DNA of 64,000 nt from Squalus acanthias (Eukaryota), in contig CM059446.1 of assembly GCA_030390025.1 (NCBI GenBank), forward strand, positions 43,276,001 to 43,340,000, written 5' to 3'. Below, one piece after another: positions 1-12,022 of this stretch; position 1 is the stretch's first letter, and each line of letters starts with the position of its first letter. The notes under the pieces are model-generated. The model made no database searches, was not told the DNA's origin, and was given only the letters and a program-made list of their open reading frames with translations. Position numbers and translations under genes: made by a program.

Positions 1-805
1 CCCTTCCTGGCCCCCATGTTAGCTGATGTTGTTAACGGTTCCCTCTCCTCAGGTACAGTACCCCTCCCCTTTTAATCTGCCGTCATCACGCCTCTCCTCA
101 AAGAACCCACTCTTAACCCCTCTGTCCTTGCAAACTACAGCCCCCATCTCCAGCCTCCCTTTCCTCTCCAAAGTGCGTGAATGTGTTGTCGCCTCCCAAA
201 TCCGAGCCCATCTTTCTCTCAATTCTATGTTTGAATCCCTCCAATCAGTTTTCTGCCCCCGCCACAATATTGAAAAGGCTCTTATCAAAGTCACAAATGT
301 GACTGCGGTAAACTATCGCTCGTCATCCTTCTCGACCTATCTGTAGCCTTCGACACTGTTAACCACACCGTCCTCCTCCAACGCCTCTCCTCCGTTATCC
401 AGCTGGGTGGGACTGGTCTCGCCTGGTTCCAATCTTGTGTATCCAGTCGTAGCCAGAGAATCAATTGCAGTGGCTTTTCTTCCTGCACCGTTGCCTCTGG
501 AATCCCTCAAGGATCCATCCTTTGCCCCCTCCTATTTCACATCTACATGCTGCCTCTCGCCAATATCATCTGAAAACACGACGTCCGGTTCCTCATGTAC
601 ACTGACGACACTCCACTCTACCTCACCATCACCTCTCTCGACCCCTCCACTGTTTCTGATTTGTCACACTGCTTGTCTGACATTCAGTACTGGATGAGCA
701 GAAATTTCCTCCAACTAAATATTGGGATGAGGTCCCCGCCACAAACTCCTTTCCCTAGCCACCGACTCCATCCCTCTCCCCGGCCACTGTCTGAGGCTGA
801 ACAGG
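1..805 (+). mobile_element. L2-clade LINE fragment (RT region, degenerate)
   Basis: Frameshifted RT motifs: PISSLPFLSKV, QSVFCPRHNIEKALIKVTN, LLDLSVAFDTV, and YTDDT (YADD-like). Confidence 0.85.
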
Positions 806-817
806 AGTAGACTCTAA

Positions 818-1549
818 GGGCTCGATTTTGCCAGGCCTGAGGAGGCGGGAATGGAGGCATGTGGGGTGTTAAAATTGCAAAAAATGGCGGGCGGGCCCGA
901 CCCCACCTCCATCCCGCCTCCGAGCAATTTTCCCAAATGCGTGGTTTCTGATCCCGTCTCCAAGAGGCAGGATAGGCCCTTAAGGCCCTTACCAACCACT
1001 TAACTGCCTCTATAATCCCATTTTGAGAGGCCTTTCTGATTTTAACACTTTTCCGACATGATGCACACCTCCTCTGAAACACGACGGTGAAACCTGGCGG
1101 TAGCACACTTGGATTGCTGACTATCAGCTGCAGGTCCATCATTAAGAAGGAGATTTGATCAATCAGCATTCTGGGGGAACTTTTAGCAGTCATAAACATT
1201 GTTGTGGAAGTTTGGAGCCTGGAGTAGTAGTGGTGGTGGTGGTGGTGGTTAAAAAATCTGGGAGCAGACTTAGGTCTCCTGCTGCTCATTTTGCCTCCAG
1301 GTCCCTCTCACAGCAAAGGCCAAAAGCTTCCCAGTCTTTGCAGACCTTAAATGCAGCAGCAATGATGACATCATCAGAGGCGACTTTCAGACTGAAAAAA
1401 CTAATTGGGTCATGGGTTCCCACATGCTGGAACTCAATTGCCCAATTAGGGGAAAATCGAATAATTCTCCCATATCCAATTGGAGTCGGGTGGCTAACAC
1501 GAAAAGTGGATGACACGACCCCAGCCTGCCCCATGACAAAATCGAGCCC
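818..1549. mobile_element. Non-autonomous DNA transposon (PIF/Harbinger-type MITE)
   Basis: Perfect 13-bp TIR gggctcgattttg / caaaatcgagccc; flanks taa / tac (degenerate 3-bp TSD). Related to the element at 32693-33529. Confidence 0.75.
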
Positions 1550-2128
1550 TACACTTCTATTGCAAGCTTGTATTACATCTGCAGTTTCTTTTTGTTATAT
1601 ACTAAATATATATACTAAAACATTTGTATTTAATTTTTAAACATTTTAATGGCTTTAAAGTGGAATTAGCAAAACTGATTTAAATGGAAACTCGACCCAG
1701 TATAAAAGTGAAATACCGATATAGCCTACTCACAAACCAAATTCACTGCTGAATGCCCATCCAGCTCATAATGTTTTCCCTCCTCCCTCCACTCCTCTCT
1801 TGAAGGCAGGGCCCGATGGTAGGGTATAGTTCCACAATGGCTGACAGCCCTCTAATACCTCACCCAGGTCTCCATTTATTGACAGTGAGTCTTGGCAGAT
1901 AATTTGACTAAGGTGCATCAGTTCAATCAATATCCATGCACCTGCTCTTTCCGGCAACAGTCGGAGAAAACTGTAAAGCAATCAAGAGTAGGAACCTTGG
2001 CTGATTTTTTTTTTTTTGTTCCTCACCTGCACATAACCCAGCGATGCTGAGGTAAATTGTAGTGACTCAGCTGCTGTCCTTACTGAGATCAACTAACTCA
2101 GCACCGACCTGAGATCTTGATACACAGA

Positions 2129-3813
2129 GGCCAGAATTTTGCCGGCGCTTTGGAGGCGACAGCGGGCAGGAAACCCGCTGTCAACCCTCCTCCAATCAAT
2201 CTTCCCAAGTGTCGGGTCCCCGATTTGCGCAGAGACCCGACAACTAGCAGCGGGAAGAGGATTATAGCCACTTAACTGCCTGCTAAAGGTAGTTAACAGG
2301 CTCTTTTCTTTTTCAATTTTGACACTTCTACTTCGGGCTTCCCGATGCCCGGACACCACGCCAGGTCACTGTGGCGTGTTGTGAGTCTGCTGCAGAAGTG
2401 GTGTGAAGGATCCAATGGTGCACTGGTGAGTTTCAGAAGTAAGAAAATGTTGGGAAATTCATTTTTAAAGCATATTGGGGGAAATATTTGGTTGCTTTGC
2501 GCCTCCCGTTAGCGCCCTAAGAGGGCGCTAATGGGGTGCAAAGCAACTAGCACCCGGGCGCGACGATGTTTGCGGCGCTCGTGAAATTGACCAGACATTT
2601 TGCGGCAGCGCTAAACACTACCGCCACGATCTCCTGCGCCCGAAGATCGTGACATCGGTCGAGCGTGCAACGCCCCGGTAGTGCCCCGGACCGGATATTG
2701 AGTGGCGCCCCCTGCCTTACCGCCTGCCGCTAGCAACGACAGGTTGAGGGGAACGTTTTGCAGTCGGGAAGGGACTGGGGGAGCGCTATTTAAAGGCGGC
2801 CGCTTCCTGCCTTTTTTTGTCGGCGACATTTTTGCACCACGCATTCTGTGTGAGAGAAAGAGAGAGAGAGACTTCTGGAGAGATTCAACGCTGTGTGAAG
2901 GAATTTGGGGTACTGAGCAGCACTTTGCAGGTTCATTTTGATTTGACCTTCCTTGCATCGATTTAGAAGAGACTGTGGGGGCTGCACTCTGAGCTCTTTC
3001 CCTGGTTGTCTCCATTGTTCTTTCCAGCAGAATTGATGTACAGGTGTCTCCAGGCCGAGATTCAAGGCTGCAATGAGCAGGGTGTGGATGGAGAGCAAGA
3101 TCGACCCTCCCCTTTAAGAACTGGCCGGCGCCAGTGTGTCTGTGTTCCATTGCTGACTGACATCACATGAGCTTCGCCAGCGCTCTGTGGTAGTGCCTCG
3201 CTCCTCGGCGTTAGTGCCTTAAGAGAGGTGTGTAGCGCCTGATTTAGCGCTCCAATTACCTCCAGGGGCGATGGAAGCCAAGTTTGCAGTCGGAGTCGAT
3301 AATTAGCGCCAGGCGCTAAACTTTGCGCCCGGCCGATAATTGCGCCCCAAATGGGGCGTCACCAAATTTCTCCCCCTTAGACTTTTCTGTAGGTAACAAG
3401 TTTTGAATTGTATGTCTAGTCCTACCTCATTGGGAGAACCTCTCACCAGTGACATCGCTTCTGTAACCTCACCTGCAGCTGCCATCTGTTCTAGCCTAAG
3501 GAGGGAGTCACTGGAGAGTCTGGGTGCAAGAGCTTACAGTGATTACACCTCAATGCTGTCAAACACTGAGAAATCAGCTGTCAAAAAAAAATTGTGCATG
3601 ATCCCTTTAAAAGCAAACTGGCAGATGACGCGTCATCAAATGACATTATCTGACCGGCTTCGTCTTAATTGGCCAGCAAGCCCGCAGGGCGGTCTTAACA
3701 AGGCCAATTGACGTAAAATCACTCTGTGGGGCAGATGTCGTTGGGGGCGGGACATGAACCCTGGAAGCCACCTGACCCGCTCCCAAGCCGCATCGATCGA
3801 GAAAATCACGGCC
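2129..3813. mobile_element. Harbinger-type non-autonomous element (outer), with a younger MITE nested inside
   Basis: Ends ggccagaattttg ... gaaaatcacggcc. Segment 3600-3735 is the reverse complement of 20420-20545 in the Myb-carrying element. Confidence 0.6.
2477..3376 (+). mobile_element. GC-rich MITE, family X (PIF/Harbinger-type)
   Basis: TIR gggggaaatatttggt / accaaatttctccccc. Closely similar along its length to 35231-35992; many TTAGCGCC-like subterminal motifs. Confidence 0.85.
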
Positions 3814-4253
3814 AAAGTGTTTGGCTCAGACCCACTCCATCTAGCACATTTATATGTTAAGCCATTGGCGTAACCCTCTTTTAAAAAAAAATTGAACAGG
3901 TTATGTTATGTTCTGCATCTTTTCTACTTTCAACCCGATTTAAGTGCATACAAGTTTTCCAGTAAAGAATCAGCCTAGATCACCTAATTTTAAGTACTTG
4001 GTTGCAACTCAGTCATCTAGAAATGTCAGATTATGCTATAGTTTTGAGAATCTGTGAACATTTCACTTGCAACCTCAATAACTTAAAAAATGCTTGAGTG
4101 TGATTTGTAACCACATTTGGTATGGCCATAATTTGAACCGGCCACATGCTCTTGTACATCTAAGAGATCCATCAATTAAAGGAGAAAACTGCAATTGCTG
4201 GAAATATGAAATAAAATCAGGAAATGAACAATAGGTCTTCCGGTATCTTTAAA

Positions 4254-4691
4254 ATGAGAAGTCGCACAACACCAGGTTATAGTCCAACAGTTTTATTTGA
4301 AATCACGAGCTTTCGGAGCGCTGCTCCTTCGTCAGGTACAGTGAGGGAATACAAATCGGTTACAAAGTATATATAGACAGAGAACAATGTGTCTGCAGAG
4401 ATACAATCCATCAGGGAGGCATTACATCAAAGACACAGCAGAGTACAGCTAAGACAATGAGGTGGGGTCACAGGGGGTCCAACGTGTCAAATGCTGCAGT
4501 CTGCAGTTAAGCTTTTTAATTTTAAAAAAAACTGGAAATCACATCTGTGAACCAGACAACGACGTCAAGTCACGTCCTGTAGCGTGACATGAAACCGAGA
4601 TCCCGGTTGAGGTCGTCCTCATGGGTGCGGAACTTGGCTATCAGTTTCTGCTCGATGATTTTGCGTTGTCGTGTGTCTCAAAGGCCGCCTT
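4254..4691 (-). mobile_element. Penelope-like retroelement, 3' fragment (end of GIY-YIG domain plus 3' UTR with hammerhead motif)
   Basis: Minus-strand translation QGGL*DTRQRKIIEQKLIAKFRTHEDDLNRDLGFMSRY resembles the C-terminus of the PLE GIY-YIG endonuclease. 12-bp TSD ggtatctttaaa at 4242-4253 and 4692-4703. Confidence 0.8.
4303..4339 (-). ncRNA. Minimal type I hammerhead ribozyme motif (PLE-associated)
   Basis: Minus strand: uac CUGACGA a GGAGC agc GCUCC GAAA gc UC gug. Intact core, 5-bp stem II, palindromic AGCU stem III. Confidence 0.7.
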
Positions 4692-5126
4692 GGTATCTTT
4701 AAAGAGAGAAAAAAAAACAGGTTAACATTTTGGGTGTGGACTGTTTGCTAGAACTGGAAATTCAAAGAAAAGCAAGCTTAATAAGACTAAACAAAATGAA
4801 ACAAAACAAAACAGGCCAGGGGGAAGGAACCAACAGGTAGAAGTCAGGAATGCTGACTCTAATCACAGAGAGCAGATAACGAGTAAATAGCCAAACAGGT
4901 TTTTTGAAAAGAGCTGTGAAAACTGATGAATGATACAAAAGCTCATCGCTTTAATAGAACAAAAGGATGTGAAAATCGCTATTGTAAGGCAGTGCATAAG
5001 AAAGGTGCGTAGAAAGAGAAAATATTCTGTTCCCTTCCCCTCCTGACAGTGACTCCCCAACCAGAGGAAATAAATAGTCTTTCCCTTGCACCCTATTAAT
5101 ACCCTTAATAATTAAATAAAAATATT

Positions 5127-5644
5127 GGCCCCAAATTTGTGGTCCGCGGCGAACGAATAGTGCTCGCCATTCATTATGCTTACGACTACACACAGACTTT
5201 TCGTGGGCTTTTGAGCGGCAGCTGACTGTCACGGGAGTCCGATACAGCACGGCGGCCCTCTACAGGGGATCTGGGACCTGTGTGAACAGGGCAAGCAACA
5301 GCATGTCTCTTCAACCAATCAGATTGAAGAATCCTCAGTGAGTTATGCAGTGTCTAAACCAGGAAGTGTAAGTTAGAATATTTAATTCAATGTAAAATCA
5401 TGTGCATAAAGTGAAATAAAGAGAGGGAAAGAAAGATGGGATTGAGAGAGAGATTTAAAAAAAATCTCAAACAATAATTAAAATCTGAAGGAATGAGACT
5501 CCACACTTGTAAAAGTAAATTTTCAGTGCCAGAGAGGTTGTTTGGTGGGTCCCCCAGCAATCGGGAGGTCCAGCGCAGGCTGCTCACCAGCTGTAACTAC
5601 ATAATAAGTGAGCACCACGTTATTCCCACCGCAAAATCCAGGCC
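5127..5644. mobile_element. MITE-like non-autonomous DNA transposon
   Basis: Imperfect TIR ggccccaaatttgtggt / accgcaaaatccaggcc, with the same terminal style as the other Harbinger-type elements. Confidence 0.55.
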
Positions 5645-5887
5645 ACAATAATTATGTATTTATATGCTTAACTTTTAGTGTAGGAGCTTCTTGCTTAAGT
5701 ATTTTGACAATGTTCACCTCTTTGCTATGCAAACTACCCATTATATTATAATTTGTGCAACTGAGAGGTGAAAAAGAAGGCTTTTATAATCATACTAATA
5801 ACTGGAAGAAAGGAGGAAAGTTTTGGAAAGGGAGGAGGAAATAATAAGTACTCTAATTGTAAGTGAAAATCCAACGGTGTTAAAGGA

Positions 5888-6455
5888 ACAACAACAACTT
5901 GCATTTATATAGGGCCTTTAACGTAGTAAAACATCCCAAGGCACTTCACAAGAGTGTAATCAGACAAAGAAATTGACACTGAGCCGAAGAAGGAACCCTT
6001 GGAACAAGTGACCAAAAGCCTGGTCATAGAGGTAGGTTTTAAGGAATGTCTTAAAGAAGGAGAGAGGTGGAAAGGCAGAGAGGTTTACAGAGGGAATTCC
6101 AGAGATTAGGGCCTAGGCAGCTGAAGACACAGGTTGCCAATAGTGGGGCGAAAGAAGTCGAGGATGCGCAAGAGGCCAGAATTAGAGGAACGCTGAGTTC
6201 TCGGAGGGTTGTGGAGCTGGAGGGGGTTACAGAGATAGGGAGGGGCGAGGTCACGGAGGGAATTGAACACAAGGATGGGAATTTTAAATTTGAGGAGCTG
6301 GTGGACTGTGAGTCAGTGTAGGTCAGTGAGCACAGGTGTGATGGGTGAACAGGACTTGGTGCGAGTTAGGGTGCGGGCAGCAGAGTTTTGGATGAGCTCA
6401 AGCTTATGAAGAGTGGAAGATGGGAGGCCGGCCAGGAGAGAATTGAAATAGTAGG
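5888..6455 (-). mobile_element. L2-clade LINE 3' fragment
   Basis: Tail (caa)n-cttgcatttatatag; ORF2 C-terminal motifs LELIQNSAARTLT and GPNLWNSL on the minus strand. Confidence 0.85.
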
Positions 6456-7288
6456 AGCATTGGAGCGGGTGTGCCGTTCTATCCTCTGAAGAACTTGTCA
6501 CTGAAAAAGTTGTTGTTGAAATTCATCAAAACTTTAAATCTGCACACACAGTAAATAATCCAAGATTTTAAAGCATTATAAAATGATTCCATTAAATACA
6601 GATTAGAAAACAAACACCAGTTGAGAATGTCAAGGAGTTTTCTTTAAATGCATATTTTAATCTTTCAATTCTGCAGGGAAAGCTGTGCTCTGTAGATAGT
6701 ATATTTACACTGTCATCAATATTCGTATTGTACAGTATATAAATCATTTATTGTATGTTTTGATCAGTATTACATGCATTATAGTTGGAATTTATCATTG
6801 GTGCAATACCATAACAATGTAAAACCTCATTTTCTGAGAACAATAACATTGGCTTGTGATTGTTAATATCACAGCAGTTTGCCAATACTTCTAATACCCT
6901 CTATAGCTTGCCTCATTTTGATAAATTAACTTTAAATCTCACAAGATTTATTTTTCATCTCCAGTGTAATGCCAATGCCACTGGAGCAATATTTTGGCTG
7001 AACTACATGACTACTTCATCAAATAAACCTTATGATTTAGATTGTTTTGTTGTACTGAGACAGTAGGCAGACATAAAGATACCTCAAGACATCGAAATCT
7101 GACTGAATAATGTAACAATGACTTTTTTAACAATAATTATTTGCTTTCCCCCAACTTCATTCACTCTTAAGTATGCCAGCCCTGATGAATTACTATCTGA
7201 GGCACTGGGTTGATAATTTGGGCTGTTGTCCAAACCAATTAAAAGACTATTGATGTGAACTGTTAAATAAGCTTTGTCTTTTCTTCAG

Positions 7289-7397
7289 GAGTCATGATGA
7301 TGCTGCCACAAAAAAGAAAGTCAATTTGGTATTTGAAAAAATTCAAACCTTAAAATCAAAGAGTGCAGTTAGCGTGGAAGGGCAAAAGGACAAAAAA
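7289..7397 (+). CDS. CGNL1: Cingulin-like protein 1, internal exon A (end of head / start of rod)
   Basis: Acceptor ttttcttcag|G, donor AAA|gtgagt. Translates (g)SHDDAATKKKVNLVFEKIQTLKSKSAVSVEGQKDKK, matching the CGNL1 motif ATKRKVNLVFEKIQTLKS as recalled. 109 bp, ends in phase 0. Confidence 0.93.
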
Positions 7398-8854
7398 GTG
7401 AGTTAATTTTTGTGACATGTTAAGTAATTACCTCTTAATTTTTCACGGTCGATCAAATCTACCTGCCATTTGTTTGTAATATTAACATTTTCTTGCAGAA
7501 GTTACAGAACTTGCATTTATGTAGCCTATTATCATATTCTTTCTGAAGTGCAGCAGTCAATTGTGATAAATGCCCAGTTAATCCGTGTTGGATGAGGGAG
7601 GAATGTTGGGCAGGACACATTCTATTGTATAAAATGTGACTGAAATTGAAGTTTAAATGTGCTTATTATGGCTATGTATCTTAGGTAGACAGTATTGCAT
7701 TTCCCAATTTCTCGCTCAACGTAACAGCCTGAGTACAAACGAATAAATGCCATTTCACATGTAGCAGTAGGTGGTGTTAAGCAAACATCGAAGCTGAAAC
7801 CGGTGACTGCTTGGGACTCCTGTTCCAGAAGAGTTAAAGAGTCACACTTGTAGAAAACCTAAATCTCTACGGTTGATTAATTGATGAACCTTATAATGAA
7901 CTTTTGAGAAACAGCACTAACTGCATGCACCCTGTTGCCATTATAAGGTTCCAGGTGTTTGCCACACAATTATGCCATGATTTGTAACCCAAAATGGCAT
8001 GTCAACCATAGTACAGAGCTTAAAATAGGCTAAAATTCCCAAATACTCTGTACTTATAAAAATATAGGTCAGTTTGAAAAATAAATCTGACTTTTTAATA
8101 TCGCAATTCCTTTTTCAAATATAAAAATCTGTTATAAACATTCTTGAATCATTGATGGCTTTTGTTTCCAACAAGGAACTAGAAGCTAGGTACTGTATGC
8201 TGCCCTGGAATGCAGTCAGACAAAAGATAAGTTTTATTTTTCCAATCCAATGCAGCAGCAGTGCAGGCTGTGGGTACTTGAATTCTTTATACTTGAATGC
8301 ATCTTGCATGAATTGATAAGTGAACCGCTGTACTGTAAAATTTTTAGCAAGCTGTTACGTTGCACTTTCTAACACGGTATGCCATAAATAGTGTGTAACG
8401 GTAGTTACAGTCATTCCCAGGCTGCTGCTTGTGTAATGTAAGGAAGTCAGGTTTAATTCAGTAGAGAAGTGAAAAACAGTTTGAATCCTAAATTCCCAAA
8501 AGATTTCTATTGTTACTGCATCTTTAATTTGCTTGCATTTTTCACTACGATTCCTATCCTATTGCTATTTTGCTCCAATCATGTTACGATACTACTGTTT
8601 AGACACCTGAGCTATTATATGGAGGCAGGAAGATTTTACTAAGAAAGAAAGATTTGCATTTATATTGTAGTTTTACATTGTGGTTTTTGAGGTTGATCCT
8701 TATTTGTGAGTGTGTGTTTTATTGAGGTTATCTTTGCTTTTGTCTCTCATTAGAAACAGTTTCTTTCTAGTTGCATTAGAAGCAGAATTCACACTTCAGG
8801 CCAGTTATACTAACTCTAGTAAATTTGGCTCCATTAGCTATCTTGCATTAGGAT

Positions 8855-9053
8855 TTGGAACGCACTGCCTGATCGGGCGGTGGATACAGATTCAATAGTA
8901 GCCTTCAAAAGGTAATTGGACAAACACTTGAAGGAGAAAAAATTGCAGGGATATGGGGAAAGAGTGGGACTAACTGGATTGCTCTTCGAAAGAGCCAGTG
9001 CAAACTCGATGGGCCGAATGGCCTCCTTCTGTGCTGTACTATTCTATGATTCT
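8855..9053 (+). mobile_element. CR1-clade LINE 3' end
   Basis: WNALP-like start; tail gatgggccgaatggcctccttctgtgctgta...ttctatgattcta. Confidence 0.75.
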
Positions 9054-11670
9054 AGGCCATGGAGGCCTCTTAAAATCCAGTTCCATTCCAAACTGCTCGA
9101 GGTAAAAACATCACATAGCATACACCTGTCACCCGTTTAGGCCCAGTGTTCGATTTCTGAAGGATTAAAGTAATTTTTCTAGCGATTAACATTTTATCGC
9201 ATGTACTGCTTTTGTTTTCTAATTTTATCCCCTTTTTTCTCTCCTCTTCCTCTCTTGAAGGTGTTGACTCCAGGCATGCCAGGTGCCCTCTGGTACCTTG
9301 CCCAAGTGGCCATTTTTCATATAGAAACCTAGATAGTGAATGTTGGCAGTGGGGCGTATCAGAGACAAGTCTGATTCTGTCCCCACCCAAAATTCACAAG
9401 GAGCACTTTGCAGCATGGGTCATAGAATAGTGATCAGCAGCGAGATCCATCCTAGCTCAGGTTACAGAGGCCAATTATGTCTCCTGTACTGCCACCCTAG
9501 CTAAGGTTAGCTAACTCAGCATAGACTGGGAATTGAACCCGAAAGAAGCAATATGTAAACAAAGTTGAGGTATTTCCACCACAATGTGATACTGAATTAA
9601 AGGGACCATTTTACGGTTTAGCTGTACAATACTAGTCATCATATAAATTTCCTGTCAGCAACTTAGAAATGGAAGTACAATTTGCCTTCGTTAATTGCAT
9701 TAAAGATTTTGTAGTCCATTCATGGAACCAGCTTGTATTACAGCTAGACTTGTGCAAAACCAAAATCAAGTCAGTATGCTGTGCTGTTTTTGTCACAGTT
9801 CAGAAATTAACAAAGACAGTCATATGCTTGGATCCAAACTTTGTCTGTATTTGGATCTGGTCTGATCAAATAAGGGCACTGGGAGGGTATTTGGTGGAAA
9901 TGCCATCCCTAGCTGTTACGTACTTCTTATTTGGCTGTTCAGCCTGACATTGCTGGACTTCTGGAAGCACTTCTTCAATTAGTGCACAGATTGGGATGAC
10001 CAAAGGAGACTTGGAACAATGCATGCTGAATATTGCAGCTTTAGGTTTTCTTCTGGACACCAAGGACAAAAAAACAGCAACATAAAATGTTCATGTGCTA
10101 TTCATTGGAAGCAAGTGTTGTCACTCTCAACCTGGCCATCTGGGAAATGTTTTTTTGTCACCTGGGTGTCTGACATGTGAAATTCCATCACCATGTTTGA
10201 GCCTCGAAGCTAATCTACTGAGAATTATACAGAGGTACAGCTACTCTTTGCTTGATATGGAATGTGTGCACTCTTCCCTAAGGATATGCCCCATTTATCT
10301 TGATGCGGAGATGCCGGCGTTGGACTGGGGTGGACAAAAATGAGAAGTCGCACAGGTTGGCAGAGCCAAAGCTAAGGACCCCTAAGCTTGCACAGGGGTA
10401 CTGTTGGAGTTCAACCAGCTAATACCGTGCAGCTTACCAGCACACAGCACTGATAGGCTACCCACCTCTTGTCTAATAAGGGCAACCCTACACATTGGCT
10501 TCCAAGGCTATCTGCAGCCGAGTGGGAGGAATCCTAGCCTCTAGTGAAGGGTCTACTCCTCCAGTTTCCATTAGTGATCCAAGTACTGTGGACCTGGCTG
10601 CCTCTGGTATCAGATTACCAGGTCTGCTACAGAGGGTTGACAGTCCAAAACTTTCAATGGCAGATGTGTCACCATGAAGCCCCTTCAACCTCAAAGAGAC
10701 CCTGCTTACCTTCTTTCCCCTCCACTTCCCCCAAAAGGAGGATAATTGGTCGTTGTATAACAAATTTGAGCTCCGAGCAAGTGGGCAGCAAATACCTAGA
10801 GCTCCTCATGAGTGACATGATTGGCAGCACAACTTGTTATAAAATGTGAGAATGCATTGCCATCATCCTTCTAATCACAACAATGCAAAACATAACTCAT
10901 TGAACTGTGGTTCCATCCTTTAGGGGTGCAGGCCTTCAGCAGCAGCAACTGCTTGCCTCTCTGCAACCCAGTCCTGGATATACATATGTGCATTCTAATA
11001 CTTAGCCTCCAGGTATTATCTTCCAGCAGCAGTTATCCAAAGTTTAAGTTTCCTCATCAGCTATACAACGTACATTTGTTTTCGGTGCGCTGGAAACACT
11101 TGCGCAAGGCAGCTTGCCAACCACTTTTATGTTCTTGATGTTTGCATCCAGTGTCACATACCAAGCTTACTCATCACCAACTGGTTCATCAAGATCTATA
11201 TATGAGGGGTTTGGCAAAGAGGCATGGCTACAGTGGGGCTGACTCCCCCTTCAGGGTAATCAGTGACAGGTCATTGTAGGCCACCACCTCCTTCCCTGCA
11301 GCATTTCCCTTTTTGCCACAAATTCACCTCACAGTTCGGTCCTGGATCTTGCTGGAGGAAGCCCTTGCATTCGATGCCGAGGAGTTTCTGAAGAACACAT
11401 ATCTTATATGCCAGAGGCTTAACTTGCACCTGGACCTTGCTGTCATGGGGCAGGGAATCCCTACCTGGTAAAGAGTTGTGCTAATATTTGTGGATAGTTC
11501 TGATTTTTTTCTAAGCATTTTTCGTGTTGTTGAGTTTCTTTTCTTTTTGTTACTAATTAACAGATACAATCAGAATGGCTCATGTGATATTCTAATGAGT
11601 GTGGTTAGAGGAATTTATAGTTTTGAAACTGAACAAATGTACTTATGTTCATTTAATGCTTGACTTTCAG

Positions 11671-11790
11671 GGTGACATTTCTTCCGAATTCAAAGCACTG
11701 TTGGAGCAAAAAAATGAGCTTGAAAAGAATGCAGTTGAAATGGGAAAGCAAGCAGATCAACTGCAAAAAAAACTGGATGAAGAAACTCTG
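11671..11790 (+). CDS. CGNL1: CGNL1 internal exon B
   Basis: tgactttcag|GGT ... CTG|gtattg. 120 bp; GDISSEFKALLEQKNELEKNAVEMGKQADQLQKKLDEETL (coiled coil, LLEQK motif). Confidence 0.9.
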
Positions 11791-11873
11791 GTATTGTCAG
11801 TAACTTTATGGATTTTTGTTGCATTATTTGAGATGTCAAAGACATTAACTGACAGCTGGCACTTATGTTTCAG

Positions 11874-12022
11874 AAACAGCAGAGTACTAAAGAACAAAAA
11901 GATAGGACCAAAGCTGATCTCAAAAATCTACAGCAAGAAATGGAAAAAAATTTGGACGAAAACAATCGTCTAAGGGAGCAGCTGGCAAAAACTGATAGAG
12001 AGCTTCGAAACCAACTTGAAGA
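11874..12022 (+). CDS. CGNL1: CGNL1 internal exon C
   Basis: ttatgtttcag|AAA ... GA|gtaagt. 149 bp; KQQSTKEQKDRTKADLKNLQQEMEKNLDENNRLREQLAKTDRELRNQLE(E). Phase 2 end fits the phase of the next exon. Confidence 0.9.

Noticed and set aside
684-1640. 201-aa and 161-aa ORFs with His or Val runs
   Set aside because: They span an L2/MITE junction and a (GTG)n microsatellite; chance open frames.
2611-3150. 179-aa ORF with a similar ORF at 35308-35894, suggesting a duplicated gene
   Set aside because: Both lie inside copies of the same MITE; the frames are not conserved between copies and no domain is recognisable.
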